Shown: piece by piece, positions 1 through 11,400 of the stretch
How the letters are laid out: every line of letters starts with the position of its first letter
Position numbering within the stretch: position 1 is the first letter of the stretch
Assembly (NCBI GenBank): GCA_040285745.1
Contig: JAUFOR010000005.1
Location: 620,001 to 684,000 of the forward strand
From: Barthelona sp. PCE
Taxonomy: Eukaryota
DNA: 64,000 nucleotides
Reading direction: 5' to 3'
Position numbers and translations under genes: made by a program
Notes under the pieces: model-generated
The model's database searches: none
What the model was told of the DNA's origin: nothing
The model's input: only the letters and a program-made list of their open reading frames with translations

Positions 1-298
1 GATGCTGTTGCTGAGGCCGCCTCTGCTCATGTTGCTGAGCTGTTCTTGCCTTATTCTTATTGCCTGGTCGTAGGAACAACCGTTGTCCTTTAACTTGAAT
101 AGTATCCAAAGCTAAAACTTTTTGCTGTGCTTCTTCAGTTTTCAACTTAACAAAACCGATATTCTTGTTTGGGATAAAGTGCATGCCCTGGATCATATGT
201 GTACCCTGTAATGTTTGACTTAGAACTTGAGCTAAATCATTTTCGCGAATACCCGGTATAAGCCCACCTACGAATATGTCGAAGGTATTTGTATTCAT
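1..298 (-). CDS. RRM (RNA recognition motif) protein, 5' part; runs off the window start
   Basis: Manual translation from ATG at 298-296: MNTNTFDIFVGGLIPGIRENDLAQVLSQTLQGTHMIQGMHFIPNKNIGFVKLKTEEAQQKVLALDTIQVKGQRLFLRPGNKNKARTAQQHEQRRPQQQH. RNP2 (IFVGGL) and RNP1-like (KNIGFVKL) motifs at RRM spacing, no stop before position 1. Not in the supplied ORF track. Confidence 0.85.
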   Translation of the reverse strand, partial: MNTNTFDIFVGGLIPGIRENDLAQVLSQTLQGTHMIQGMHFIPNKNIGFVKLKTEEAQQKVLALDTIQVKGQRLFLRPGNKNKARTAQQHEQRRPQQQH

Positions 299-555
299 AC
301 GTGTGTGATTCTTGTGTGTAAAAAAGTTACCAACTGTAAAACCACTGATAATGGGAATAATTGCGATTTAAGCTTTTTTTATTATCATGTGTACTAGAAC
401 AGGGTTAGTATCGGGCTTTGATCCTTGAAAAAGCTGATAAATTACTCAATAAACTTGTTTCATGTGACAGGCAAGCCAGGGGTCCTAACGGTCTTGTTTA
501 ACTATTTTGCCCCTTTTTCTTTGTTCATCATTCCTGTTTCAGCATATTATTGCAT

Positions 556-3500
556 ATGACATCATCACTGAAGTATGTATCAAACGTTTACGATGTTTGT
601 CAAGTTTTTTGGCTTTCATTCGTATTCGTTGCTTTAAAGAGTCCATTCAACGGACACACTCACGTTTAGTTTATGGTTACAGAACAAGAACAATGATAAA
701 TTTGCCTCATTGCCTGTTACACTTTATACAGACTTGGGAACTTTATATACTTCAGTAAGCGCTCTTTTGTCGCCAATGCCTGACGATCCCATTAAGATCT
801 TTGTTGGAGATATGGAATTACCAAACATGGAGTCTTTTACTGTTGATGATTTTTATGATATGTTTATCAATTCGGCAAATTTGCTCGTTGTTGATGCTCC
901 CGCAGAGTGTCTTTGGTGCGAATCTAATGCCATTCCAGAGGGCACCGGTTTAGAAGATGAAGATGAGGGCAATCTCGATGATGAAGATGTTATTGAGGTA
1001 GAGTACCGCACGTTGGATATATCCATCAACGGCATTGCAACTCGTCTGAACAAGGTGAGTTCTAACACTAAATTGAATGATCTACGTAAGGCTGTAGCGC
1101 TTAGCCAGCAAACTTTTGAAGATTATGTTGAACTCGAAATCGATGGTACCCTCATCACCGAAGACGATATGGAGACCAGTGTAGATGAGTACCTTGGCCC
1201 AGACTTCGAGAATCATCTTATTGTGTTTCGAACTGTTGATATCTATGACGATGTTGAGGATGAAACACCTGTCGTGTATGGATCTACCATCGATCCTGCT
1301 CTGGTGTTTGGTGAGAACACCACAATCGACGAACCTGAAGATGATGACACCGACCTTGTATCTTATTACCAGAACAATGCTGTGTCATCAAGTGTTACTT
1401 ACGGTACTTCAATGACGAACGCCGGCACGGTGGACGGGTGCGCGACGGGATGCGCAACCAACACGTACAGTAATCTTGGTGGGGCGAGCAAGTGGAAGCG
1501 CCTTGGCGAATCCTACTCGCCTTGGACTACTTCGAAGCGTAACAAGACAGGACTCATTGGTCTTACCAACCAGGGAGCCACATGCTACCTTAACTCTCTC
1601 CTTCAGGCCCTATACATGACACCCGAATTCCGTGAGATGCTTTACATCACCCCCTCCGTCCCCCACGAGTCTGAAGAGGAGGAAGAGGAGCCCGAGAAGC
1701 GCGCCGTCGAAGGCGAAGAGGAAGAGGACAGTGACAGCGACTATAGCGATAGTGAGGTTGAGGACAACACAGATCACTCACAGGACATCATTTATCAGTT
1801 GCAAACCCTATTTGGAGGTCTGCAGTACTGTGATATCCCTGCGCTGGGCACCACTAACCTAACCAAGTCCTTTGGCTGGACCGACGAGGAGAGTTGGGTA
1901 CAGCATGATGTTACTGAGCTCAACCGTGTTCTCTGTGACAATCTTGAAGAGAAGCAGAAGAAGGTGGATGCTGAGGTCAAGATCGGTGATATCTACCGTG
2001 GCACTACACAGTCCATGCTTCGTTGTTGTAACTGCGGTTATATCTCCAAGACCGAGCAGCACATTTATGATTTGACGTTAAACGTTGCTAACTGTGAGTC
2101 CATCGACGAGGCTCTCCAGAAGAACAATGACACCGAGATCATGATGGAAGATAATGCGTATGATTGTCCTGAGTGTGGATCACCTCAAACATCCGAGAAG
2201 ACAACGCGTCTCAAGTCCGTTCCCCCTGTTGTGTGCATGGTTCTTGCGCGTTTCGATTACGATTGGCAGTTTGATCGCCGTGTTAAGCTCACCCACAACG
2301 TAGAGTATCCCACGTACATGCAATTTGATCGATATAAGGAGACTGCGCCAGCTGAGCGCCCCATCAATGAGATCAAACCCGCCGACATCCCCATCGTTAT
2401 TGACGAGCCCATTTCTGCTGAGGAAGAGCTTATTGCTCCTTGGCAGACGCGTATTGAGAAGGAAGAGCCCGAGGTCGACCTTAAGAACCCCGCTGATGTT
2501 GAAACCAAGACGATGCCTGGTACTGCTGGTGATGTCCACGAGCTGTATGCAGTTATTGTACACAGTGGAACGGCAGACTTTGGTCACTACTACTGCTATG
2601 TCAAGAACTTCCACAACGGTTTGTGGTACAAGTTTGATGATGATACTATCACCGCTATGCCCAAAGATTGGTGGCCGTCCGATGAGAAGATCAATCGTAA
2701 GAGACAAGTTTCTGCTCGTTTCAGAGTTGCAGGAACGAGTTCCAACTCTTGGGTAACGCCTTATGTTCTCTTTTACCGTCGAATTGACTCCAAGGCTATT
2801 TCCGCCACTGGAGAATTTATCGAGGCATACTCTAATGTTATTGGTGATCAAGAACAGGTTAGAGAGGCTGCGCGCCCACATCCTGGTGATAAGGTATCCC
2901 ATCCTTTGAGTGGTCCCCAGTTCAAACTCCCAGTTTATAACCTTGAGTTCGAACCGTTCACCCGCGAGCCCATTCCTATGGCTCTTATTCCCAACCGTAT
3001 CCGCTCTACACTCGTCAAAATCGAGAAGAGAAGACAGCGCACTTACGAGTGGCAGTTGGAAGAAGCGAAGAAGTATATTGTTCACGTTCAACGTTGTGTG
3101 GACAGCAAACCCGCTTTCTCTGTTAAGGTCGAGAGCCACTGGACTGTTCAGCAGTTGCGCGACGACATTTTTGCAAAGATTACCGAAGAGATCAAAGAGA
3201 GCTACGTCGAGAAGATGGAATTCGAGAAAGATCCAAATGTGAAGGCTGAGCTAGAGTCTGCCATGCAGAAGGAGCTCGACGATCTGGAGATTCGCATCCG
3301 TGTAGTCATTCCTCGTCGTAACAAGACGAAACGTCCCACTGATCTGATTCCATTTGAGACATATGCTGAGGGATTGAACGACGCCAAGATTGAAAAACGC
3401 AAGGCAGTCTTTGTTGAGCAAAATAACCTCCCGAACTATACTTTCGTTGACGAACTCGAAGAAGTTGAGAAACCATTGCTCATTTGCTTCAAGTATTTCA

Positions 3501-5245
3501 ACCATGAAACACAAAAGCTCCAACAAATTGGTTACGCCAACGTTCAAAAGTCTGATAGCCTCGGTACCGCTCGTGACTTGTTATTTGATACGTTGTTTGA
3601 CAAATACGCATTTGATAAGTCAGTGTTGCAAACTCAAGATCGTGAAGAGTTTGTTTTTGTTGAGCAGGAGTCTCTTGCCGTTCAGCGTCTCTATGTTGAT
3701 ATGGAACAGACGTTTGATGATTATAAACTCATCTCTGGTGATATTCTTGTCCTCGAACAGGTTGAGCATAATCCACCAGCGCCAAAGTACGTCTATGGCA
3801 GGCGTGCAGCTAATAGTTTCTACCGCTGCAAGGAGTACTTCCAGATTCTCCAGAAGACCATCACTATGAATGTCCAGGAGTCTGTCTTTTCATATTCTTA
3901 TCGTGTCCCTCGTCATTTGCAGGACGTTATCGGTGAGTTAAAGAAGAAGTTCGACAAGAAGTGGCGCAAGGAACAGCGCAAGAAGAAGAAACTGGCAAAG
4001 ATTAGAAAGATGAATCAGAGTATCGATACCGAGTATAATTGGGATGAGATCACAGAGACAGAGGAGCAGGCATTCCGCCGTTACCTCCGTGAAAACCTCA
4101 GTGACCTTGAATTGGATCTCAGTGATCTCAGAGTCAATTGTAGTGGTATTCAACGCTTTGACTTCAAGATTGATATTTCTCTATTACAATCCATCGATGA
4201 CCTGAAGGAGCGCATTGGTGAGAAGTGTAACGTGCCCAAATCACGTATCCGCCTTCTCTCCCACAATTCATTTGATGAATTTGAAAGAGACATCAAGGAG
4301 GAGGAAGAGGTGCATGCTCTTGAGTATGGATTCGATTATAACCGTCTTAATGACACCATTCTCCGTCAACCCAACGAGCAGATCAACAAGCTCTTCAAGA
4401 CTTTTGCTGGGTACTCCACCGTTAAGCGCAAGTATTCTGTTGATTTTGAGATTTTGCCTGAGGACGAGGTCTTCCCCAAGGGTACATGTTTCATGTGGTG
4501 CAGCCGCGCCAACCCCACGTTCGGCCAGTACGCCAACGAAGTGTTTTCCCATTCTATGGCGTTGCCCATACAGGACGAAATGCCAATGGTAGACTTTGTT
4601 AACGTGTTGAGCGCAGGGTTCGATATTCCAGCTGAGAAGCTTTTCCTCATGTCCGAGGAAGGCGTCGTTGTTGGCCCTCAGCTATTGCTCTCTGGTGCAA
4701 TGACATTGGGTGATATTTCTCATTATATTGTCACACAAATCTCCGTCGGACACGTTGACGAGATTACACCACCACAGTTCAAGACGGAGGAGTACGCTGA
4801 AGCCGAGTTCCAATGCGTCCGCGCATGTGCTATGTGGGATCGTCAGATCAGATCTACGACGTACATGGGCACCAGCGCTTACTACCCTCGTACGAATTTC
4901 TATGCTATTCGCGTACCCAGCGATATTACGTTTGGAGACGTTAACGATATGCGTCATGATTTCATTACTGCTGTCGATGGTGCATGTGAGGATCGTCCAG
5001 AACTTGAGACCTACTACTGTCAGGAGAAAAATTCCTTCATTACTAGTGCTCTCATGATTACCGAAAAGAACTATAGCATCACCGTTAAACGTGCATCAAA
5101 GTCTGTAAGTGGTCTTATTTTCGGCTTTAAATTGGTTGCTCCTGATGAAGATACTATTGTTAAGTTCAACAAGCTGCTTCCCAATGACCGCACTTCTTCG
5201 TACTCTTTCAAGCACGAGGAGACTGCTCTGAAGATCAACAATTAA
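556..5245 (+). CDS. Ubiquitin-specific protease (peptidase C19), USP7/USP47-like; proposed exons 556-572 and 640-5245
   Basis: Cys box GLTNQGATCYLNSLLQALY, QHDVTEL, CCNC/CPEC zinc ribbon, His box VHSGTADFGHYY, WYKFDD, YVLFYRR. Ubl-like segments at the N- and C-termini, acidic inserts and a Lys/Arg-rich NLS-like run. The track start at 710 is a TTG; the start at 556 depends on the proposed intron. Confidence 0.92.
573..639 (+). other. Probable 67-nt spliceosomal intron (GTATGT...TTTAAAG)
   Basis: Removal joins ATG ACA TCA TCA CTG AA to A GTC CAT, in frame with the USP ORF (MTSSLKVHSTDTLTFSLWLQ...). The intron is T-rich and contains the in-frame TAA at 635-637. Confidence 0.7.
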
Positions 5246-5312
5246 GTAAATGGTGTATTTCTGCATTTTCCTTTTTTTTACTTCTTTTTCAGCAGACAAT
5301 TTTGTTACTTTG

Positions 5313-8300
5313 ATGCACAATTGTCTGAAACTCCTTCTTGTATTGGTCTTTGGGTTAATTATGGTAACAGCAGCATCAGTTCAAGAAATTTCCATCGTTG
5401 AACCTCAAGTTGGCGCGTTTTTTGTTCGTGGGTCGAATATCACGGTTATTCTCAACACCACCCTGGATCAGGAAGTCTATCTGCTGTCCAATTTGTCCAA
5501 TTATGTTGCAAAATTTTCTGTTGGGTCAAATACAACAGTTTTTCAGACTGATAGTATGGCAGACCCCAGCGTGTTTGAGTTCTACGTATGCGAGACAAGA
5601 TCACATGACGATACGTGCATATCTTTTTCCGCTTATGCAACTAGATATGAATCATTCACAATCACCAAATTCCCCAGGAAGATTTTTTTGAATGAAACAT
5701 ACGAGGTTGAGTGGACCACGGATTCCTACAATAGAAATGTCTCGATATTAGTAATTGGTCGTGATGGTTTTGCAACCTGGGAACTGGAAGGATACAATCA
5801 CGAAGGGAAAGGTAATGCATCACACGTGATACGCTGTGAGTACGCCGATGAGTTCTTTGTTTCTCAAGAAATTGATTTTGTACTGTTTCCAGTGAATACT
5901 AAGGATAACAGTTCAAACACAACTGTAGTTATGGATGTGGGTGTCGATCTGCAAATTGAGAACTTGCCCTCGGTTGTGGTCCGTGGTGCAGATTACGCTC
6001 TCAGATGGTGGTCATCCTGCCCAGTTGGGTATGCTAACTTTACTCTTCTCAGTGAGGATATGCACACAATTGAGGAGGCAGGCGTTAATATCAAGGATCC
6101 CACGTTCACATGGACGGTTCCCGAGAAAATCGATCAAGGAAAGGTTTTCCTTGAGATGTTCACCGGATTAGGCAATGCTCTCTCTGAAAAATTCAATGTT
6201 AATGTTCAGACGATCTCGTTCGTATCGCCCAAGGCAGGCACTCCTGTGTACAGGGGCATGCATATAGCGTTTTTGCTATCATTCACCGGAAAATGTTCGA
6301 TGGGGTCAGTGTATTTAATGAACTCGTCAGGGGTAACAGTCAAGCTCCAACAGTTTATCGATATGCCACAAACAATAATGATACCACACTCATACCCCGA
6401 AGGTAGCTATAGGTTCTTATACAAGTGTAATGATATAGATGACGCCAAGGCGATCAGTGAGTCGTTTAACGTTAAGGTAGAGAGGGTTATGTTTAAGCAG
6501 CCCATTAAGGATTCAATACACTTCAGTACCTCTAGGATAAAGATTAGTTGGGCGACGGTCGGTGTCCTGGAGCACATTGATTTGTTTTTGAACAGCACCA
6601 ATGGTGAAGTAATCGAGATATGTAATCATTGTCCAAACAATAATGAGTACTCTTTCTTATTGGACATTGCGGTCAATCCCAGCATGTACTGCGTCACGAT
6701 GCTGAACAATGTGAACCAAGTTGTTTTTGTTAGTGATGTGTTCCAAATCAAAACTGCAGTATTTGAGTTTGTTACACCTAGTCCTGGTCAAAAAATGTCT
6801 ATTTATCGCAATTCAACACTTCATCTCGAGTGGAGAACGTTTGGTACGATTTCCTCTGTTGAAGTATTGTTTGATAACATGAAATATGCAGCAACAAACA
6901 CAAATTCTTATGATCTTCATATTCCTGGCCTTTTACCCAGTGCCACAGATCAGGTCACATTGAGGGGCGCCGGTGCCCTGAGTGTTGTTTCCGCTCAGAC
7001 AGCAGAGATCACAACCTTGATTGAGAGTTTTGATTTCAAGGAATTACCTGATTTCGTCCACCGTGGAACAGATCTCGTCATAGAGTGGATAACAAACGGG
7101 AACGCAGACACTGTAGGCATCAAAGCAATGTATTTGGAGAGTAGGAAAGAGATTTTTGTTGGTAAGAATACTGGGAAATTCATTTGGCACACACCCTCTT
7201 TGGAATCTAAACAAATGGTTAATTTTCACATGTGGCACTACGGGACGACCGACACTGTAGCGATTAGCCGTGATGTAACCATTATTTTGGAAGAGATTAC
7301 GGTTTTCCCGTCTTGTACTACATGCACAGTCTCAACTGTTGTCAATCTCCACGTGGAGATCAGTGGGTACGCGGAAAAAATAACTTATCTCGTGAAAAGT
7401 ACAGTATTACACCCAGATACAAATTTCCAAGTTGTTGCTGAGAATGTCGATCCTAATCATGTTATGCAGTATCACCTAGGCGAATCAAAGGTCTTTGATA
7501 AGCTGAAATTCATGGCAGTGAACAGCAAGGACTCCATGGCACATGGATCTGTCGAGGTTGATGTTGTTCAGCCAGTCCATTGTGAAGTCAATTTCGAAAA
7601 TCTTCCAATGCAACGCATCTGGCCGTATCTGAGCCTTGATCTTGTCATCAACACGGATCTGGTGGAGATGTCACTCGTTCTTCGCACTGAGACGCAAGTG
7701 CTAAACAGATTTATCGCGAAACACGGCAAACAAACGATCTTTTTGCAGTATTACGCATTTCCTGTCTTTCTGCAGGTCAACTATGGCATCTACTCGCACA
7801 ACACGTCACATTTCCGCATTGAGAGACCTCCACAGATTCAATTCACAAAGTACTCACGTATATGGAATTCTGGAACAGACGCAGAGGTGTGTCTTAGCGT
7901 CGTGGAACCGTATAAGAGCAGGATTACACACTCGTGCGTTGTCTACTACAAGAGCGCGGATTCTGACGTTGTGGACCAGTGGGAAATGACCATTAGGTGT
8001 ATTCGTCATAGGTTGCCCGATCTCCGTCCCGGCTTTTATTACATGGAGGCTAGGTGTAATGATTTGCTTGGCGAATCTCAGCAGATTAGGACCGAGCCCA
8101 CAGCTTCATTTCCATTTTTTTGGGTTTTCGTTGGTGTTTTCGTCATTACCCTTGTTGTTATTTCTGTGTTTGTGTTCAACCGTAACACAAGACGGTCGTC
8201 TTTCGCCTTTAAGAAGCTTCTCAACGATGAAATAGAATTTGGTGAAGAAAGTTCATCTCGACCTCTTCTTTCAGAAATTAGTGTCTCTGTTTCAAATGAG

Positions 8301-8411
8301 CCAACATTGAAGAAGCCACGATCGCTGAGCCGTAACCGATCTTTCCATAGAAACAGTACGTCATCGGTGAAAAGGGTGGATAATGAGTACGTGTCGTTTG
8401 AGGATTTGTAG
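5313..8411 (+). CDS. Type I membrane glycoprotein with tandem beta-sandwich (Ig-like) repeats
   Basis: Signal-peptide-like MHNCLKLLLVLVFGLIMVTAAS from ATG 5313 (track start 5250 abuts the upstream stop). Repeated ~90-aa units (P..V.RG....I.W.T.G), many N-x-S/T sites, one TM helix (FPFFWVFVGVFVITLVVISVFVF), Ser/Arg-rich tail ending YVSFEDL. Confidence 0.7.
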   Translation: MHNCLKLLLVLVFGLIMVTAASVQEISIVEPQVGAFFVRGSNITVILNTTLDQEVYLLSNLSNYVAKFSVGSNTTVFQTDSMADPSVFEFYVCETRSHDDTCISFSAYATRYESFTITKFPRKIFLNETYEVEWTTDSYNRNVSILVIGRDGFATWELEGYNHEGKGNASHVIRCEYADEFFVSQEIDFVLFPVNTKDNSSNTTVVMDVGVDLQIENLPSVVVRGADYALRWWSSCPVGYANFTLLSEDMHTIEEAGVNIKDPTFTWTVPEKIDQGKVFLEMFTGLGNALSEKFNVNVQTISFVSPKAGTPVYRGMHIAFLLSFTGKCSMGSVYLMNSSGVTVKLQQFIDMPQTIMIPHSYPEGSYRFLYKCNDIDDAKAISESFNVKVERVMFKQPIKDSIHFSTSRIKISWATVGVLEHIDLFLNSTNGEVIEICNHCPNNNEYSFLLDIAVNPSMYCVTMLNNVNQVVFVSDVFQIKTAVFEFVTPSPGQKMSIYRNSTLHLEWRTFGTISSVEVLFDNMKYAATNTNSYDLHIPGLLPSATDQVTLRGAGALSVVSAQTAEITTLIESFDFKELPDFVHRGTDLVIEWITNGNADTVGIKAMYLESRKEIFVGKNTGKFIWHTPSLESKQMVNFHMWHYGTTDTVAISRDVTIILEEITVFPSCTTCTVSTVVNLHVEISGYAEKITYLVKSTVLHPDTNFQVVAENVDPNHVMQYHLGESKVFDKLKFMAVNSKDSMAHGSVEVDVVQPVHCEVNFENLPMQRIWPYLSLDLVINTDLVEMSLVLRTETQVLNRFIAKHGKQTIFLQYYAFPVFLQVNYGIYSHNTSHFRIERPPQIQFTKYSRIWNSGTDAEVCLSVVEPYKSRITHSCVVYYKSADSDVVDQWEMTIRCIRHRLPDLRPGFYYMEARCNDLLGESQQIRTEPTASFPFFWVFVGVFVITLVVISVFVFNRNTRRSSFAFKKLLNDEIEFGEESSSRPLLSEISVSVSNEPTLKKPRSLSRNRSFHRNSTSSVKRVDNEYVSFEDL

Positions 8412-8477
8412 ATTTATGCATTATGTAAATAGTAGTTTTTTTTTTACAGTGATTTGGTTAAAAAGTTAGCTGTGTGT

Positions 8478-11400
8478 CTATAAAGCGTTAAATCCGTTCT
8501 GGAGGATACCTTGTATGGCAAGCGGTAGTCCTTCGCGGACATGCATAGCATTGTTGGGCAACTTTAATGTACGATCGCAAAAGGCGACAGAAGGTAGCGT
8601 TGTGTCGTATTTCTGTAGAACCACAGTGAATTGGTACAGTTTCGGTGAGCCGTTGAGCCAGTAGACAAATCTAAGCAAATCTTCTGAATTGAAATGATGC
8701 AGTACATCACTGAAAGTATCCCGCACCTCACTTGTAATCACATCAGTGAAATTAAGAGATGTGAGCACATTTTCAACAGTAAAATAAGGCGGAGTGCACA
8801 TTAGGTGCCTCAATTCATCAACACTGAGAACAGCACCCAGTTGAGCAGTGAGCTCGTATGCATAGAAAGAAGTGTTCACTTTCTTAGAAAGCTCAATCCA
8901 CTGATTTGAAACTGTGCTGCGAGCCAACTGCAAAAACTCAGTCGTATTTTTTGAAGTTACCAATCTGTCATCACCTCCGAAGACGTTGAAGTTGAGGTCT
9001 TTCTTGTCCAACATGTTCAGTAAATGAGCCGAATTGGCTGGAAACACCCTGTTGAAGATGTTTTCATCAGAAAGCTTGTTGAAGTCTGCACTAAGCGCAT
9101 TTAACAAGAACTGGCCTATCTGCATGTCGTCAATTGGTGCCTGAAACACGAAACAACAGTACAAAAAGCCGCACATGGCTTCGATGAGGTTATCCGATGA
9201 ATCAGCATCAAGATGAGGCAATACCCGATGCTCGAAGATGTGATCCACGAATTGAGGAAGTGTGAGATTCGTGTCATGCATCTTAATAACAGAACTGAAA
9301 TGTTCAGCGCCGTTCATGAACGTGTCAACATCACTGAATACCTTCACAAAAAACTTGTCGAAAGACGTTTCCATCTGGATAAACTCCATTGGGGTTCCAT
9401 CGCCCAGAAGCTTCTGCTTAGCGACTACGAACTGGTTAATCTGACGGCGTACGCGAGCGATTCGGTCCTGCGGTACTGGTGCATTGATCCATTCATGACA
9501 GCTCAGCTCGTGAATTGACGGTCGAAGCTGAGGTTCCTGTGCAAGACAGCGCTGTATAATTTCGGAATGGGCACACTCCTTTGACTCATCATCCAATATA
9601 TTATAAATGTATGATATGTTCTTGCCCAGAAGATAAATATCACTCAAAAACGTGTGTGGCTGCCCGTTAAACACTTCAAAGGCTAAATACTCGGCACCTA
9701 CTATTGCTGTGCTGTTCAAAGCGGCATTGCTGATGTTAACACCAAAGTCACACAGCTGCAGCTGCACATCAGAGCCATCATCATTGTTATAGCTGACGAG
9801 AACATTCTGAGGCTTTATATCAAGCAGCATAAACCCGTTTGCGTGCATAGTAAACACTGCATTGACAAGCTGATGTGCTAAACTATCTCTCGTTTCGATG
9901 CTGAGATCTGGAAACGCTGTCATGTATTGTTCAAGATTGTGCTTAGCATATTCAAGCTCAAGACAGACAAATTTCACTGTTGTGGATCCTCTCTTTGTCT
10001 CCGGAACGAGCACTACATTTCGTAGGGTCACGGCACAGGGGATCCGTTTTGTCAAAATACGCAACTCCCTTTGTAGAGCTTGCTTATTATTATCCACTTC
10101 GCCTCTGAATTTATCAGAGACACATATGCACTTGATGAACAATGAATCAGTCTCAAGATAACCGTTATTCAATCCAAGTTCCTCTAACTTACCATTCATG
10201 TAAGCATCAAAACTAATAATCTTAGGAACAAAAGGCATTGCGATTGATTCAAGCCCTAGCTGCCTCATGGTATCTGTCAGATCAACTTCAAGTGTGAATT
10301 CATCAATGATCAGTTTGAGCTCTTCACTATGTCTGTTTGCTATCTTAACTAAGTAATGACAAGCATTCTGCAAATAAGCATTTTTTTGGGAGAGAATATC
10401 AGATATATGTTGGTCTGTCTGGTTCTTAAGCGTGTAAACCAGATCAAAATCTATTGTATTTGTTTGGATATCTTCGTTTGTACTTCTAAAGTTCTCCAAA
10501 CTTTTTCGAATTCCGCACAGTTTGTTTTCATTTTCCAACAGTAGTTTGTGTTTGTTGATCAAATAAGTCATTAAAGTATGAAGTTTTATGCACTCATAAT
10601 CTTTGATTTCAAAAAAAACCTTGAAATGGCTATCAACATTTTTTAATTTGGTAAGCTGTGTTGCATAAGAGTTCTTATTCAGCACTCCAGCGACGGGATA
10701 TTGTGCAACAATCTCATTATAACGGGAAGAGAAGTAAGAGCTTAAGTGTTCAGTGATCTTGAAAGTCTTCATGATGTTATCAACTTCATTCACAAATTTA
10801 ATCGCCATCTCTAACTCTTCTAAGTGGCGTTCCATGGTCTGTATTAATGGGTTTGACTTAATCCATTTCAAAAAGGTATGAGTTGGCGGTTTCGTTTGCC
10901 ACAAAGCTGAAAGACACTCATCAGATGAACTCAAAAGATCATTGAACTGAATGTGCCCCGAATTTGGTATCAGCTGATTCATAGCATCAAAGACTACCTG
11001 TAATTTCGAATCCAGCTCCAATTTTTGTATTTTTTGAGTATTACGTAACTCATTCTGCAATTCTGTGTATCTTTCATTTAATTCCTTAGTTTTCTGTTGC
11101 TGTTCATCCAATTTAGTACGTAAACTCGATAATTCTGCTTGTGTATCAAAAACACTTCCACTACATTCGCATTCTCTTCCAAATCCATCATTCTCATTCC
11201 ACTCTATGTACAGCACCTTGCCATCGGTGAATGTGACACAATATTCAGAGAGTCCATTGTAATGAACGGTAGAAACGGTGCAGTTTGAATTTTCATATTT
11301 CTTCCTGTGCACACAACGGTTTTCAGAAACATAAGATACGTGCTGCTTTTCAAAGACAAGAAACCCATTCGACACCTTGTGCGGTATAGCTTTCCAATCG

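Noticed and set aside
2180-3139. 319-aa antisense ORF over the USP gene, and the many other 60-215 aa overlapping ORFs in the track
   Set aside because: Shadow ORFs expected from the codon bias of long real genes; they carry no motifs and are densest in GC-rich stretches such as 41.0-42.0 kb.
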